Assembly (NCBI GenBank): GCA_963808805.1 | Contig: CAWEGN010000011.1 | Coordinates: 34,583-98,582 of the forward strand | From: an uncultured Acidobacteriaceae bacterium | Lineage (GTDB): Bacteria; Acidobacteriota; Terriglobia; Terriglobales; Acidobacteriaceae | Length of the DNA stretch: 64,000 nucleotides | Direction: 5' to 3' | Translations under genes and position numbers: made by a program | In this document: one piece after another, positions 10,115-17,990 of the stretch | How positions within the stretch are numbered: the first letter of the stretch is position 1 | How the letters are laid out: each line of letters starts with the position of its first letter | Notes under the pieces: model-generated | The model's database searches: none | The model's input: the letters and a program-made list of their open reading frames with translations, nothing else | What the model was told of the DNA's origin: nothing

Positions 10115-10861
10115 ATGTTTGCACTCGCCGTCGCGCCCTACATCACGGGAATGCCCGGCTCGCGAGCGGCCCACATAGCGCGGCAGCGCGCCGTCGCCGC
10201 GCCCCCTCACCTGCTAAACTCACACGTTGTGCTCCTTGCCGGTCTTGCCATCGCTGCCGCCGCGTACCTCCTCGGGTCCATCCCCACGGGATACCTGCTC
10301 GTCCGCCTTTTCCGCCGTCAGGACATTCGCTCCATAGGCAGCGGCAATATCGGCGCCACCAACGTCCTGCGCTTCGGAGGCAAAGCTCTGGGCGCCGCCA
10401 CCTTTGTCCTCGATGTCCTCAAGGGCTCCGCCTCGGTCTGGCTCGGCGGCGTGCTCGGCGCGATCCTAATGCCCGCCGTTCCATTGCGCTCCGCTCAGGC
10501 CATCGCGGCTCTCTGCGCCGTACTCGGCCACATGTTCCCCGTCTGGCTCAAGTTTCGCGGCGGCAAGGGCGTGGCTACCGGCTTTGGCGTTTTTCTCGTC
10601 GCCGCCCCTTCGGCCGCTCTGGCTGCCATAGGCGTATTTGCCATCCTGTTCGCCCTCACCCGCTACGTCTCGATCTCGTCCATCGTCGGCGCCGCCAGCT
10701 TTCCCGTCTTCGCCTGGTTCCTGGTCGCCGGGCCGCGCCCGCCTGTTTTCTTCGCCGTCCAATGCATGGTTGCCCTGCTCATCGTTGCCCGCCATCACCA
10801 GAACATCCGTCGCCTGCTCGCCGGCACGGAATCCCGATTCGGAGCGAAAGAGCCCGCATGA
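10115..10861 (+). CDS. plsY: Glycerol-3-phosphate acyltransferase PlsY (start uncertain; ~40-aa N-terminal extension in this ORF)
   Basis: LLGSIPTGYLL and GSGNIGATNVLR motifs in a polytopic membrane protein. The stop overlaps the gpsA start (ATGA). Confidence 0.85.
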   Translation: MFALAVAPYITGMPGSRAAHIARQRAVAAPPHLLNSHVVLLAGLAIAAAAYLLGSIPTGYLLVRLFRRQDIRSIGSGNIGATNVLRFGGKALGAATFVLDVLKGSASVWLGGVLGAILMPAVPLRSAQAIAALCAVLGHMFPVWLKFRGGKGVATGFGVFLVAAPSAALAAIGVFAILFALTRYVSISSIVGAASFPVFAWFLVAGPRPPVFFAVQCMVALLIVARHHQNIRRLLAGTESRFGAKEPA

Positions 10862-11904
10862 GCCGCATCGCCATCTTAGGTTCCGGCGCCTGGGGAACCG
10901 CCATCGCGCTCTCCCTCCACCGCCGCGGCGGCCACCAACTCGCTCTCTGGGCCCACACCCCCGAGCTCGCCCGCCAGATCCTCGACGCCGGCCAAAACGC
11001 GCAGTTCCTTCCCAGCTTTCCCATCCCTTCTGCGATCGCCGTCACCGCCGGTTTTGAAGCCATCACCACCGCCGATATTCTGGTCTCCGCCATTCCCTCG
11101 GAGTTTCTGCGGCCCACACTCCTTCGCATCCGCGCGCATCTGCGCAACGGCCAATTCGTCGTGAGCGCGACCAAGGGCCTTGAGGACCGCACCCTCTGCC
11201 GCATGACCGAAGTCCTCGCCAACTGCCTGGCTCAGGGCTCGTCCCCAACTCCGCTAACCCAGCTAACTCCGCTAACTCCGCTGCCTCTTTTCATCGGCGC
11301 GCTCTCCGGCCCCAGTTTCGCTCTCGAAGTCGCCCAGGGCCAGCCCACTGCAATCACTGTGGCCTTCAGCGACCCGCAAGTCGCCGCTCTCATCCAGCAG
11401 GAGTTCTCCTCCGAATCCCTCCGCCTCTACACATCCACTGATGTCATTGGCGTCGAGCTCGGCGGCGCGCTCAAAAACGTCATCGCCATCGCCGCCGGCA
11501 TCGCCGTCGGCGTGGGCCTGGGTCACAACTCCACTGCCGCGCTCATCACCCGCGGCATCGCCGAAATCACGCGTCTCGCCGTGGCCTGCGGCGCGCGCCG
11601 CGAAACCCTCGCCGGCCTCTCCGGCGTGGGCGACCTGGTGCTCACCTGTACCGGCTCGCTCAGCCGCAACCGGACCGTTGGAGAACAACTCGGCCAGGGC
11701 CGCAAACTGCCTGAAATTCTCGAATCGCTCGGCGGCAAAGTGGCGGAAGGCGTCCTCACCACCCACGCCGCTCTAGGCCTCGCCCGCAAGCACGGCGTCG
11801 AGATGCCCATCGCCGAGCAAATGGAGCTCATCCTCAACCAAGCCAAAGACCCCCGCGAAGCCATCCGCGACCTCATGCTCCGCCCCGGCAAAGAAGAACA
11901 CTGA
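10858..11904 (+). CDS. gpsA: NAD(P)H-dependent glycerol-3-phosphate dehydrogenase
   Basis: Rossmann N-terminus MSRIAILGSGAWGTAIA; LSGPSFALEVA; GALKNVIAIAAG. Contains an in-frame 9-nt repeat tract at 11246-11284. Confidence 0.9.
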   Translation: MSRIAILGSGAWGTAIALSLHRRGGHQLALWAHTPELARQILDAGQNAQFLPSFPIPSAIAVTAGFEAITTADILVSAIPSEFLRPTLLRIRAHLRNGQFVVSATKGLEDRTLCRMTEVLANCLAQGSSPTPLTQLTPLTPLPLFIGALSGPSFALEVAQGQPTAITVAFSDPQVAALIQQEFSSESLRLYTSTDVIGVELGGALKNVIAIAAGIAVGVGLGHNSTAALITRGIAEITRLAVACGARRETLAGLSGVGDLVLTCTGSLSRNRTVGEQLGQGRKLPEILESLGGKVAEGVLTTHAALGLARKHGVEMPIAEQMELILNQAKDPREAIRDLMLRPGKEEH

Positions 11905-11970
11905 TCTCCCTGTTCCCTGTTCCCTGTTCCCTGTTCCTTGTTCCCTGTCCCTGTCCACCGTCCACCTCCC
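11905..11970. repeat. Tandem heptamer array (CCCTGTT-type)
   Basis: TCCCTGTTCCCTGTTCCCTGTTCCCTGTTCCTTGTTCCCTGTCCCTGTCC starts immediately after the gpsA TGA. Confidence 0.9.
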
Positions 11971-11978
11971 AATGAAGT

Positions 11979-12345
11979 GTCATCCTGAGCGGAGCGCGCT
12001 TGGGGCCCCGTGATCGCAACGCGATCATGGGGTAGCGGCCCGACGCTGGGGGGAGCCGAAGGATCTGCTTCTTGAAATTCTGGCGAAGGGTGGGATACCA
12101 CGAACCTCACCTCCACGAGTCTTGTATCAGGGCACGACTTCAGTCGTGCCGCAAACTGCCACCACCCTCTTAAGAAATAAAGTACGCGGCGAAGCCGCGC
12201 CCGACCCCGCCCACTGTCATCCCGAGCGTAGTCGAGGGATCTGCGGTTGCTTTTCGCTGTTTTGAAAGGGCACGACTTCAGTCGTGCCGCAAACCGCCAC
12301 CACCCTCGTAAGAAACAAAGTACGCGGCGAAGCCGCGCCCCTTGA
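11979..12345. repeat. REP/MITE-like cluster: two GTCATCCYGAGCG...GGATCTGC units and two ~80-nt GGGCACGACTTCAGTCGTGCC...GCGCGGCGAAGCCGCGC units
   Basis: GTCATCCTGAGCG..GAAGGATCTGC at 11979-12074 has an internal 12-bp hairpin. A short copy lies at 12216-12250. The near-identical units at 12126-12205 and 12266-12345 each contain two perfect hairpins. The 338-aa minus ORF across this region is an artefact. Confidence 0.85.
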
Positions 12346-12471
12346 CCTCCAAGGTTCACCCGCTCGCCGCGCCGTCTCCGCTGTGCTACCCTCAACCCAT
12401 CGCAAAACCAGAGACTTCCCGGCGCGAAGCCGATACACTCAAGTCGACGCGACCACCAGGGAGCGGCGACA

Positions 12472-14163
12472 TTGAAGACAGACAAACGGGAAACTCCTTC
12501 TCTGGTTTTGCCGGAAACCGTGACCACCGAAAAAAACAAGCTCTACTACGGCGACAACCTCGATGTCCTCCGCAGGTACGTCAAAGACGAGTCGGTCGAT
12601 CTCGTCTACCTCGACCCGCCCTTCAACTCCCGCCAGGACTACAACGTCCTATTCGCCGAAAAAGACGGCTCCCAATCCAGCTCCCAAATCCACGCCTTCG
12701 AGGACACATGGGAGTGGAACACCGACGCCATGCGCGCCTATGAGGAGATCGTCGAGCAGGCCGGCCGCGTCGCCGACACCATGCGCGCCTTCAAAACCTT
12801 CCTCTTTAACACCGACATGATGGCCTATCTCGCCATGATGGCCCCGCGCCTCGTCGAGCTCCGCCGCGTCCTCAAGCAAACCGGCTCCATCTATCTCCAC
12901 TGCGACCCCACCGCCAGCCATTACCTCAAGGTTCTGATGGACGCCGTGTTCGGGCCGCAGTTCTTTCGTAACGAAATCACGTGGAAGAGATCGCACGCAC
13001 ACAGTGACGCCAAACAGGGCGCTCAGCACTTCGGCAGAATCACGGATATCCTATTGTTTTACTCAAGAGGTGACAGAGCGATCTGGAATCCGCTGTACAG
13101 GCCGTACGACGAAAAGTACGTTGAACGCGATTACCGCAGGGTGGACGAGAATGGGAGACGGTATCGAATTGGCGATTTGAGCGGCCCCGGCGGCGCAGCG
13201 AAGGGAAACCCTAAATATGAAGTGATGGGAGTAACGCGTTATTGGCGGTATTCGAAGGAGAAGATGGATCAGCTTATAGCGGAGGGGCGCGTGATTCAGA
13301 CCCGTCCCGGTGCGGTCCCACAGTACAAGCGATATTTGGACGAGATGCCAGGCGCACCGATCCAGAACCTTTGGGACAACCTCCCTCCGCCGAATAATCG
13401 ATCAAAGGAAATGCTCGGTTACGCGACCCAAAAACCCGAAGCCCTCCTCGAACGCATCATCAAAGCCAGTTCCAACGAAGGCGACCTCGTCCTCGATCCC
13501 TTCTGCGGTTGCGGCACTACCGTCCAGGTCGCGCAGCGCCTCAATCGTCGCTGGATCGGCATCGATATTACCCATCTCGCCATCGGCCTCATCAAGAAGC
13601 GCCTCTCCGACGTCTTTGGACCCGAAGTTAAAAGCACCTACGACGTGATCGGAGAACCCACTGATTACGCAGGCGCGGCGCAACTGGCCGAAGAAGACAA
13701 ATATCAATTTCAGTGGTGGGCGCTCGGCCAAGTCGGCGCGCGGCCAGTCGATCAGAAGAAGGGCGCCGACCGCGGCATCGATGGTCGCCTCTACTTCCAC
13801 GACAACGATTCCGGCAAATCGAAGCAGATCATCTTTTCCGTCAAGGGCGGCCACATCACCGCTTCGCAGGTACGCGATCTTGCCGGAGTTCTCAGCCGCG
13901 AGAAGGCCGAGATCGGCGTCTTTTTGACCTTCGATGAACCCACCCGTCCCATGCTCCGCGAAGCCGCCGAAGCCGGACTCTACAAATCCTCTGACGGCAG
14001 CACCTACCCGCGCCTGCAAATCCTCACCATCCAGCAGATATTGGACGGTAAGCAACCCGACTATCCTGCCCACCGCCGCGATGCCACTTTCAAAAAGGCC
14101 CCGCGCAGCCGCCCCGCCCCCGCCGAAAACCTCACACTACCCCTGCTCCCCGGCGATGATTGA
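12472..14163 (+). CDS. Beta-class N6-adenine/N4-cytosine DNA methyltransferase fused to a C-terminal Mrr-like (restriction-endonuclease-fold) domain
   Basis: Motif IV is [11 protein letters not shown] near the N-terminus. Motif I is [16 protein letters not shown] later, which is the beta-class order. The C-terminal ~130 aa carry GADRGIDG ... IIFSVKGG, resembling the Mrr catalytic core. TTG start. No partner restriction gene nearby. Confidence 0.8.
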   Translation: MKTDKRETPSLVLPETVTTEKNKLYYGDNLDVLRRYVKDESVDLVYLDPPFNSRQDYNVLFAEKDGSQSSSQIHAFEDTWEWNTDAMRAYEEIVEQAGRVADTMRAFKTFLFNTDMMAYLAMMAPRLVELRRVLKQTGSIYLHCDPTASHYLKVLMDAVFGPQFFRNEITWKRSHAHSDAKQGAQHFGRITDILLFYSRGDRAIWNPLYRPYDEKYVERDYRRVDENGRRYRIGDLSGPGGAAKGNPKYEVMGVTRYWRYSKEKMDQLIAEGRVIQTRPGAVPQYKRYLDEMPGAPIQNLWDNLPPPNNRSKEMLGYATQKPEALLERIIKASSNEGDLVLDPFCGCGTTVQVAQRLNRRWIGIDITHLAIGLIKKRLSDVFGPEVKSTYDVIGEPTDYAGAAQLAEEDKYQFQWWALGQVGARPVDQKKGADRGIDGRLYFHDNDSGKSKQIIFSVKGGHITASQVRDLAGVLSREKAEIGVFLTFDEPTRPMLREAAEAGLYKSSDGSTYPRLQILTIQQILDGKQPDYPAHRRDATFKKAPRSRPAPAENLTLPLLPGDD

Positions 14164-14284
14164 GACTGAGGCGCACTGCCCCCGCCACTCCGCCAACCCC
14201 GCTAACTCCGCTCTCCTCCTGGACTGCACCCCTAAAGTGAGACAAATTGTATCTTGACAGTTTGCAGTGAAGGGAGAACTGCAA

Positions 14285-14620
14285 ATGGGCCAAAGGTATG
14301 TGAAATACAGCAGAGAATTCCGGGAGTCGGCGCTGCGCCGCTTGGCGCTGGCGCCGAACGTAGCGCAGTTGTGCCGGGAGTTGGGTGTCTCGCGGCAGTT
14401 GTTATACCAGTGGCGGGATACCGAGCAGCGTGAGCAGCAAAAGCAGCTTCAGGGGGCCGAGCAGCGCCTGCGCCAGGAAAACGCTCAGCTCAAAAAAGCG
14501 CTGCTGAAGAGGACCCTGGAAGTGGATTTTTTGAAGGCTGCCTGCGAAAAGGTCGAGGCTCTGCGCCGGGCCAGTACCGGCTTTGGCGCAATGGCATCTG
14601 GAAAGCGATCCGGGAAATGA
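14285..14620 (+). CDS. IS3-family transposase OrfA (HTH + leucine zipper)
   Basis: MGQRYVKYSREFRESALRRL.. followed by coiled-coil LRQENAQLKKALLKRTLEVDFLK. Contains A6G (14492-14498) and the in-phase T TTT TTG (14527-14533). Confidence 0.85.
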   Translation: MGQRYVKYSREFRESALRRLALAPNVAQLCRELGVSRQLLYQWRDTEQREQQKQLQGAEQRLRQENAQLKKALLKRTLEVDFLKAACEKVEALRRASTGFGAMASGKRSGK

Positions 14621-15687
14621 TGCCGACCGCAGACAGCCTTGGTATAGAGCCGATGTGCCGGCTGGCTCAGGTCAGCCGCGCCGGATACTACCGTTTTCTC
14701 CAACCGCGCTATCCCGGCGAGGAAGAGATGGAAGTGCGCAACGCCATCCAGCAGATCGTGCTTGAGCATCGGGGCCGCTACGGCTACCGGCGGGTCAGCG
14801 CCGAACTCGGCCGCCGCGGCATGCGTGTCAACCACAAGCGCGTGCTGCGGCTGATGCGCGAAGACAACCTGCTGGGCGTCCAGCCCACGGCCTTCGTTGC
14901 CACCACCGGCTCGGACCACGACCGGCAGGTCTACCTGAACCTGGCCAGCCGCATGAAGCTGACCGCCATCAACCAGTTATGGGTGGCCGATATCACCTAC
15001 ATCCGGCTCGGCCAGGAGTTCGTCTACCTGGCCGTGGTGCTGGATGTGTTCTCGCGCAAAGTGGTCGGCTGGGCGCTGGATCGCACCCTTACAGCGCGGC
15101 TGCCGCTGCTGGCTCTGGAGCGCGCCATCACCCTGCGCCAGCCCGCGCCCGGTCTGGTGCACCACTCCGATCGCGGCATCCAGTACGCCTCCGAGCAGTA
15201 CACCACCCTGCTCGAAATCCACCGCATCCTGCCCAGCATGAGCCGCCCCGGCAACCCCTACGACAACGCCTTCTGCGAGAGCTTTATCAAGACCCTCAAG
15301 CGTGAGCAGATCTCGGCCCACCGGTACCAGTACATCGATGAGCTGAACGCCCATCTGGAACAGTTCATCGAGCAGTACTACAATCGGCTCCGGCTGCACT
15401 CGGCACTGGGCTACAGAACCCCGGAGGAGTTCGAAGCCGCGTGCTCCAACCAAACTGCCTCGGCAGGGCCGAGCGTGAGTTTTCCAAGGCATGAGGTAAT
15501 CTATCGATCCTGGAAAAAGCGCCGAGGCCGGCCGCCGAAAGCAAGCGGGGAGCCGGTTCCACCCAGCTCCCCAACTCACCCGATCGATGAGTCACCAGTT
15601 GGCTATTCCTTGACAGGTTGGTCTCCACCAGAGCCTGTCTCCGCTTCACCAACCGAAACCGAGTCTGCCGCAGAGGCAACAAAATGA
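14617..15687 (+). CDS. IS3-family transposase OrfB (DDE integrase core)
   Basis: DDE triad context WVADITY, HHSDRGIQY, NPYDNAFCESF. The -1 frame is open upstream back through the slippery sites. Confidence 0.88.
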   Translation: MMPTADSLGIEPMCRLAQVSRAGYYRFLQPRYPGEEEMEVRNAIQQIVLEHRGRYGYRRVSAELGRRGMRVNHKRVLRLMREDNLLGVQPTAFVATTGSDHDRQVYLNLASRMKLTAINQLWVADITYIRLGQEFVYLAVVLDVFSRKVVGWALDRTLTARLPLLALERAITLRQPAPGLVHHSDRGIQYASEQYTTLLEIHRILPSMSRPGNPYDNAFCESFIKTLKREQISAHRYQYIDELNAHLEQFIEQYYNRLRLHSALGYRTPEEFEAACSNQTASAGPSVSFPRHEVIYRSWKKRRGRPPKASGEPVPPSSPTHPIDESPVGYSLTGWSPPEPVSASPTETESAAEATK

Positions 15688-15892
15688 ACAGCACTTTACA
15701 GCAAACGGCAAACTGTCAAATTACAAACTGTCTCACTCAAGGGGTTCACCTCATCCCGTGTCAACCCCCTCCCACGCCCCCAATCCCCGCAACCCGCACA
15801 AAACACTCGCTAAATTCCCTTCCCCAACTTTGCCGATCATTTCTTCCTCCCGGCGCATACTCATTCCATGAGTGTTCAACCAGGCCTCCTCA

Positions 15893-15948
15893 CTGGCTTC
15901 TGGCTACTGGCTTCACTGATCCCTGACCCCTGATCCCTGATCCCTGTC
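15893..15948. repeat. Tandem heptamer array (CTGGCTN then CCCTGAT units)
   Basis: CTGGCTTCTGGCTACTGGCTTCACTGATCCCTGACCCCTGATCCCTGATCCCTGTC; 7-nt period read directly. Confidence 0.85.
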
Positions 15949-16126
15949 TTTAACTCCTTTGCTGTCTAGACTCTGTAAAGAAGTGGTTTAGAATCAATTG
16001 GTTATAGCGAAAGGCATACGCTAACCTCATGAATCCATGGAACTTATTTTCAGAGATGGGGGGAGGGGGGGCGGGGGTACCAAGTAGTCAACACCGGCGC
16101 GCCGCCTCAAGGGAGGCGCTATTTCT

Positions 16127-16173
16127 GATCTCTGATCCCTGTTCTCCGTTCTCTGTTCTCTGTTCTCTGTTCT
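16127..16173. repeat. Left part of the (GTTCTCT)n heptamer array interrupted by the IS4-family element
   Basis: GATCTCT GATCCCT GTTCTCC GTTCTCT x3 GTTCT, then the IS terminal repeat begins. Confidence 0.9.
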
Positions 16174-17484
16174 CTACTGTCCGGTTAAAAGTCGAACAGA
16201 GTCAGTTGGTTGGGATCGGGGATGGTTGCGATTGTGTAATCGGCTTGCTGAAGGGCCTGTGAAATGGGCATTTTCTCGAACAAGGTGACTGAGAGCACCT
16301 GGAGAAAAGTGTAGAGAGAGCCGGGTAGTTGAAGGCGTTTTTTGATGATGGCAACCAGCAGATAGACCGAGACGGCGATCCAAATCTGCGTTTTGACGGC
16401 GTTCTCGGTGGTGCCGTAGAAAGCTTTGATGCGCAAGTGCTGCTTGATCCATTTGAAGAACAACTCGATGCGCCAGCGGCTTTTGTAGAGGGCACAGATG
16501 GTCTTGGCAGGCAACGTGAACTGATTGGTAAGGAAGACCAGCCGCTTGCCGGTTTCCGGATCGTGAAAGCGGATGCGGCGCAAGTGAGAAGGATAACCGC
16601 GGTGGGTTCGGAACACCTCCAGGCTGACGAGCTGATCCACCATGATGCCGCTGGGCTTGTCGGCGGGACGGGAATAGACGCGGCGGACGCGCTGATCGCT
16701 GCGGGCGCGGGTGACGAAGAACGCTCCGGCGAGGTGGATGCGATGGAGGCGGAAGAAATCCATATAGCCGCGGTCCATGACGTAATAGGCCCCGGGCTCG
16801 ATCAGGATCTCATCGAGCGTGTTGACATCGTGTCGATCTCCGCTGGTGACGCGGATGAACGCGGGGATGGAGCCGCGCAGATCGAGCAGCGTGTGCACCT
16901 TGATGGCGGACTTGGCGGAACGGAAATGCGCCCAGGGAAACAGGCTCAGGCAAAGGTCGATGGTGGTCGAGTCCAGCGCGTAAGCGGCGGCATCGAGATC
17001 GATACCGAGGCTTTCGCTGGCATAGAGCCTGCGTGCCTGCGCCATCAGCCGTTGCGCCAGCTCGGCGTAGATGCGCCAGTCGCGCAGATGGTTGGCATCG
17101 GCCAGGGTAGAACGGCGCAGCGGTGCGCGAAAGCCCATGGCGTAGAGCTTGTTGGGTTGCGCGTTCAGACACGCTTCGATGTCGCGCAGGCTCTCGCGGT
17201 AGGTCAGTTGCGCGAAGGCCATGGCGCGATACTGCTCGGTGCAAGTCAACACACGGACGCGAACATCGCCGTCGTAGCGGGCCACGCTGCGTGCGAACGA
17301 GGTCCAGGGCACGAAGTCCATCAACTGCGCAAACAGCACCTTGCCGGCATTCATCGCTGCCTCCAGAGCAAATCTCTGGAATCAGCATCGCGGCAATTTC
17401 AAATCGACACCACTCTAAAATGTCTGCAACTGCGCGCACATCAGCAGCTTGCAAAATGAAACGCATCAGTTAACCGGACAGTAG
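16174..17484 (-). mobile_element. IS4-family insertion sequence (1311 bp)
   Basis: Perfect 15-bp terminal inverted repeats: CTACTGTCCGGTTAA (16174-16188) and TTAACCGGACAGTAG (17470-17484). One transposase ORF. Both flanks are the same heptamer array, so the target duplication is ambiguous (6, 13 or 20 bp all fit). Confidence 0.88.
16185..17354 (-). CDS. IS4-family DDE transposase
   Basis: 389 aa. The N-terminus FAQLMDFVPWTSFARSVARYDGD...AMAFAQLTYRESLRDIEACL is typical of IS4-group transposases with a DUF4372-like N-domain. This is recollection, not a search. Confidence 0.8.
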   Translation of the reverse strand: MNAGKVLFAQLMDFVPWTSFARSVARYDGDVRVRVLTCTEQYRAMAFAQLTYRESLRDIEACLNAQPNKLYAMGFRAPLRRSTLADANHLRDWRIYAELAQRLMAQARRLYASESLGIDLDAAAYALDSTTIDLCLSLFPWAHFRSAKSAIKVHTLLDLRGSIPAFIRVTSGDRHDVNTLDEILIEPGAYYVMDRGYMDFFRLHRIHLAGAFFVTRARSDQRVRRVYSRPADKPSGIMVDQLVSLEVFRTHRGYPSHLRRIRFHDPETGKRLVFLTNQFTLPAKTICALYKSRWRIELFFKWIKQHLRIKAFYGTTENAVKTQIWIAVSVYLLVAIIKKRLQLPGSLYTFLQVLSVTLFEKMPISQALQQADYTIATIPDPNQLTLFDF

Positions 17485-17611
17485 TGTTCTCTGTTCTCTG
17501 TTCTCTGTTCTCTGTTCTCTGTTCTCTGTTCTCTGTTCTCTGTTCTCTGTTCTCTGTTCTCTGTTCTCTGTTCTCTGTTCCCTGTTCCCTGTTCCCTGTT
17601 CCCTGTTTTCT
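17485..17611. repeat. Right part of the heptamer array: 13 x GTTCTCT, 4 x GTTCCCT, 1 x GTTTTCT
   Basis: Counted directly. The array ends 1 nt before the stop codon (17612-17614) of the ThiS/MoaD-like gene. Confidence 0.92.
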
Positions 17612-17938
17612 TCACCCTCCGGCAATCGCGCCCAGAATCAGCAGCGGCTCCCGTCCCGCCGCGACCGCATCTGGCAACGCTTTGTCCGGCGATTCCAGCG
17701 ACCAATCTTCTTCGCAAACAAAGAAGCGCAGAAACGCGCGCCGCTGGCCGGTCGAGTAGTCGCGAATCGTCCCGCGCAGCATGGGATAGCACGCTTCCAG
17801 AGCATCGAGCACGGCGCGCAGCGTAACCGGCGGACGCACTTCGACGTGCACATCGCCCTCGACGCACGCCAAATTGCGCAAATAATACGGCAGCCCCACG
17901 CGCACCGCCGCCGCACTCGTCTTCGCCGCCTCTCTCAA
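17612..17938 (-). CDS. MoaD/ThiS-family ubiquitin-like small protein ending in Gly-Gly (start uncertain; a GTG near 17905 is plausible)
   Basis: C-terminus ..[10 protein letters not shown]-stop. About 95-108 aa. The beta-grasp-like pattern [12 protein letters not shown]...VHVEV. Confidence 0.65.
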   Translation of the reverse strand: MREAAKTSAAAVRVGLPYYLRNLACVEGDVHVEVRPPVTLRAVLDALEACYPMLRGTIRDYSTGQRRAFLRFFVCEEDWSLESPDKALPDAVAAGREPLLILGAIAGG

Positions 17939-17964
17939 GGCATGGACCTCCCCAAGATTGCCTT

Positions 17965-17990
17965 CCTGTTCTCTGTTCTCTGTTCCCTAG
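17965..17990. repeat. Short heptamer array (GTTCTCT/GTTCCCT), containing the stop of the upstream gene
   Basis: CCTGTTCTCTGTTCTCTGTTCCCTAG. The TAG at 17987-17989 (minus strand) terminates the BNR protein. Confidence 0.85.

Larger units (their letters stand above)
14225..15748 (+). mobile_element. IS3-family insertion sequence (~1.52 kb)
   Basis: 41-bp imperfect terminal inverted repeats starting TG (14225-14265 versus the reverse complement of 15708-15748, ~34/41 identical by eye). orfA/orfB are in 0/-1 frames. No clear target-site duplication. Confidence 0.85.

Noticed and set aside
11523-12539. 338-aa minus-strand ORF spanning the gpsA 3' end, the REP cluster and the methyltransferase start
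   Set aside because: It is antisense to gpsA and runs through stacked REP hairpins, with the ARLKSCPFK peptide repeated twice. This is a typical open-frame artefact of GC-rich repeats.
14201-14212. The shared 12-mer GCTAACTCCGCT (gpsA 11261-11282 and 14201-14212) as attL/attR of an integrated element carrying the methyltransferase
   Set aside because: Excision between these repeats would delete the 3' third of gpsA. The motif is a low-complexity repeat unit. No integrase is present.
15749-16126. Possible gene or remnant between the IS3 and IS4 elements (including ORF 16029-16262)
   Set aside because: No frame has coding-like composition or motifs. The listed ORF runs into the heptamer array and the IS end. 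The stretch contains a G-run and arrays and is best treated as non-coding debris.
17485-17611. Tandem repeat arrays as a possible CRISPR locus
   Set aside because: The period is 7 nt with no unique spacers, whereas CRISPR repeats are roughly 24-48 nt with similar-sized spacers. No cas genes are in the window. The same applies to every other heptamer array.
17466-17867. ORFs translating the heptamer array: 17484-17759 (MFSVLCSLFSVLCS...) and 17466-17867 (..[17 protein letters not shown]..)
   Set aside because: Both are simply translations of (GTTCTCT)n on the two strands. They overlap the IS end and the ThiS-like gene and show no start context. They are treated as non-coding.
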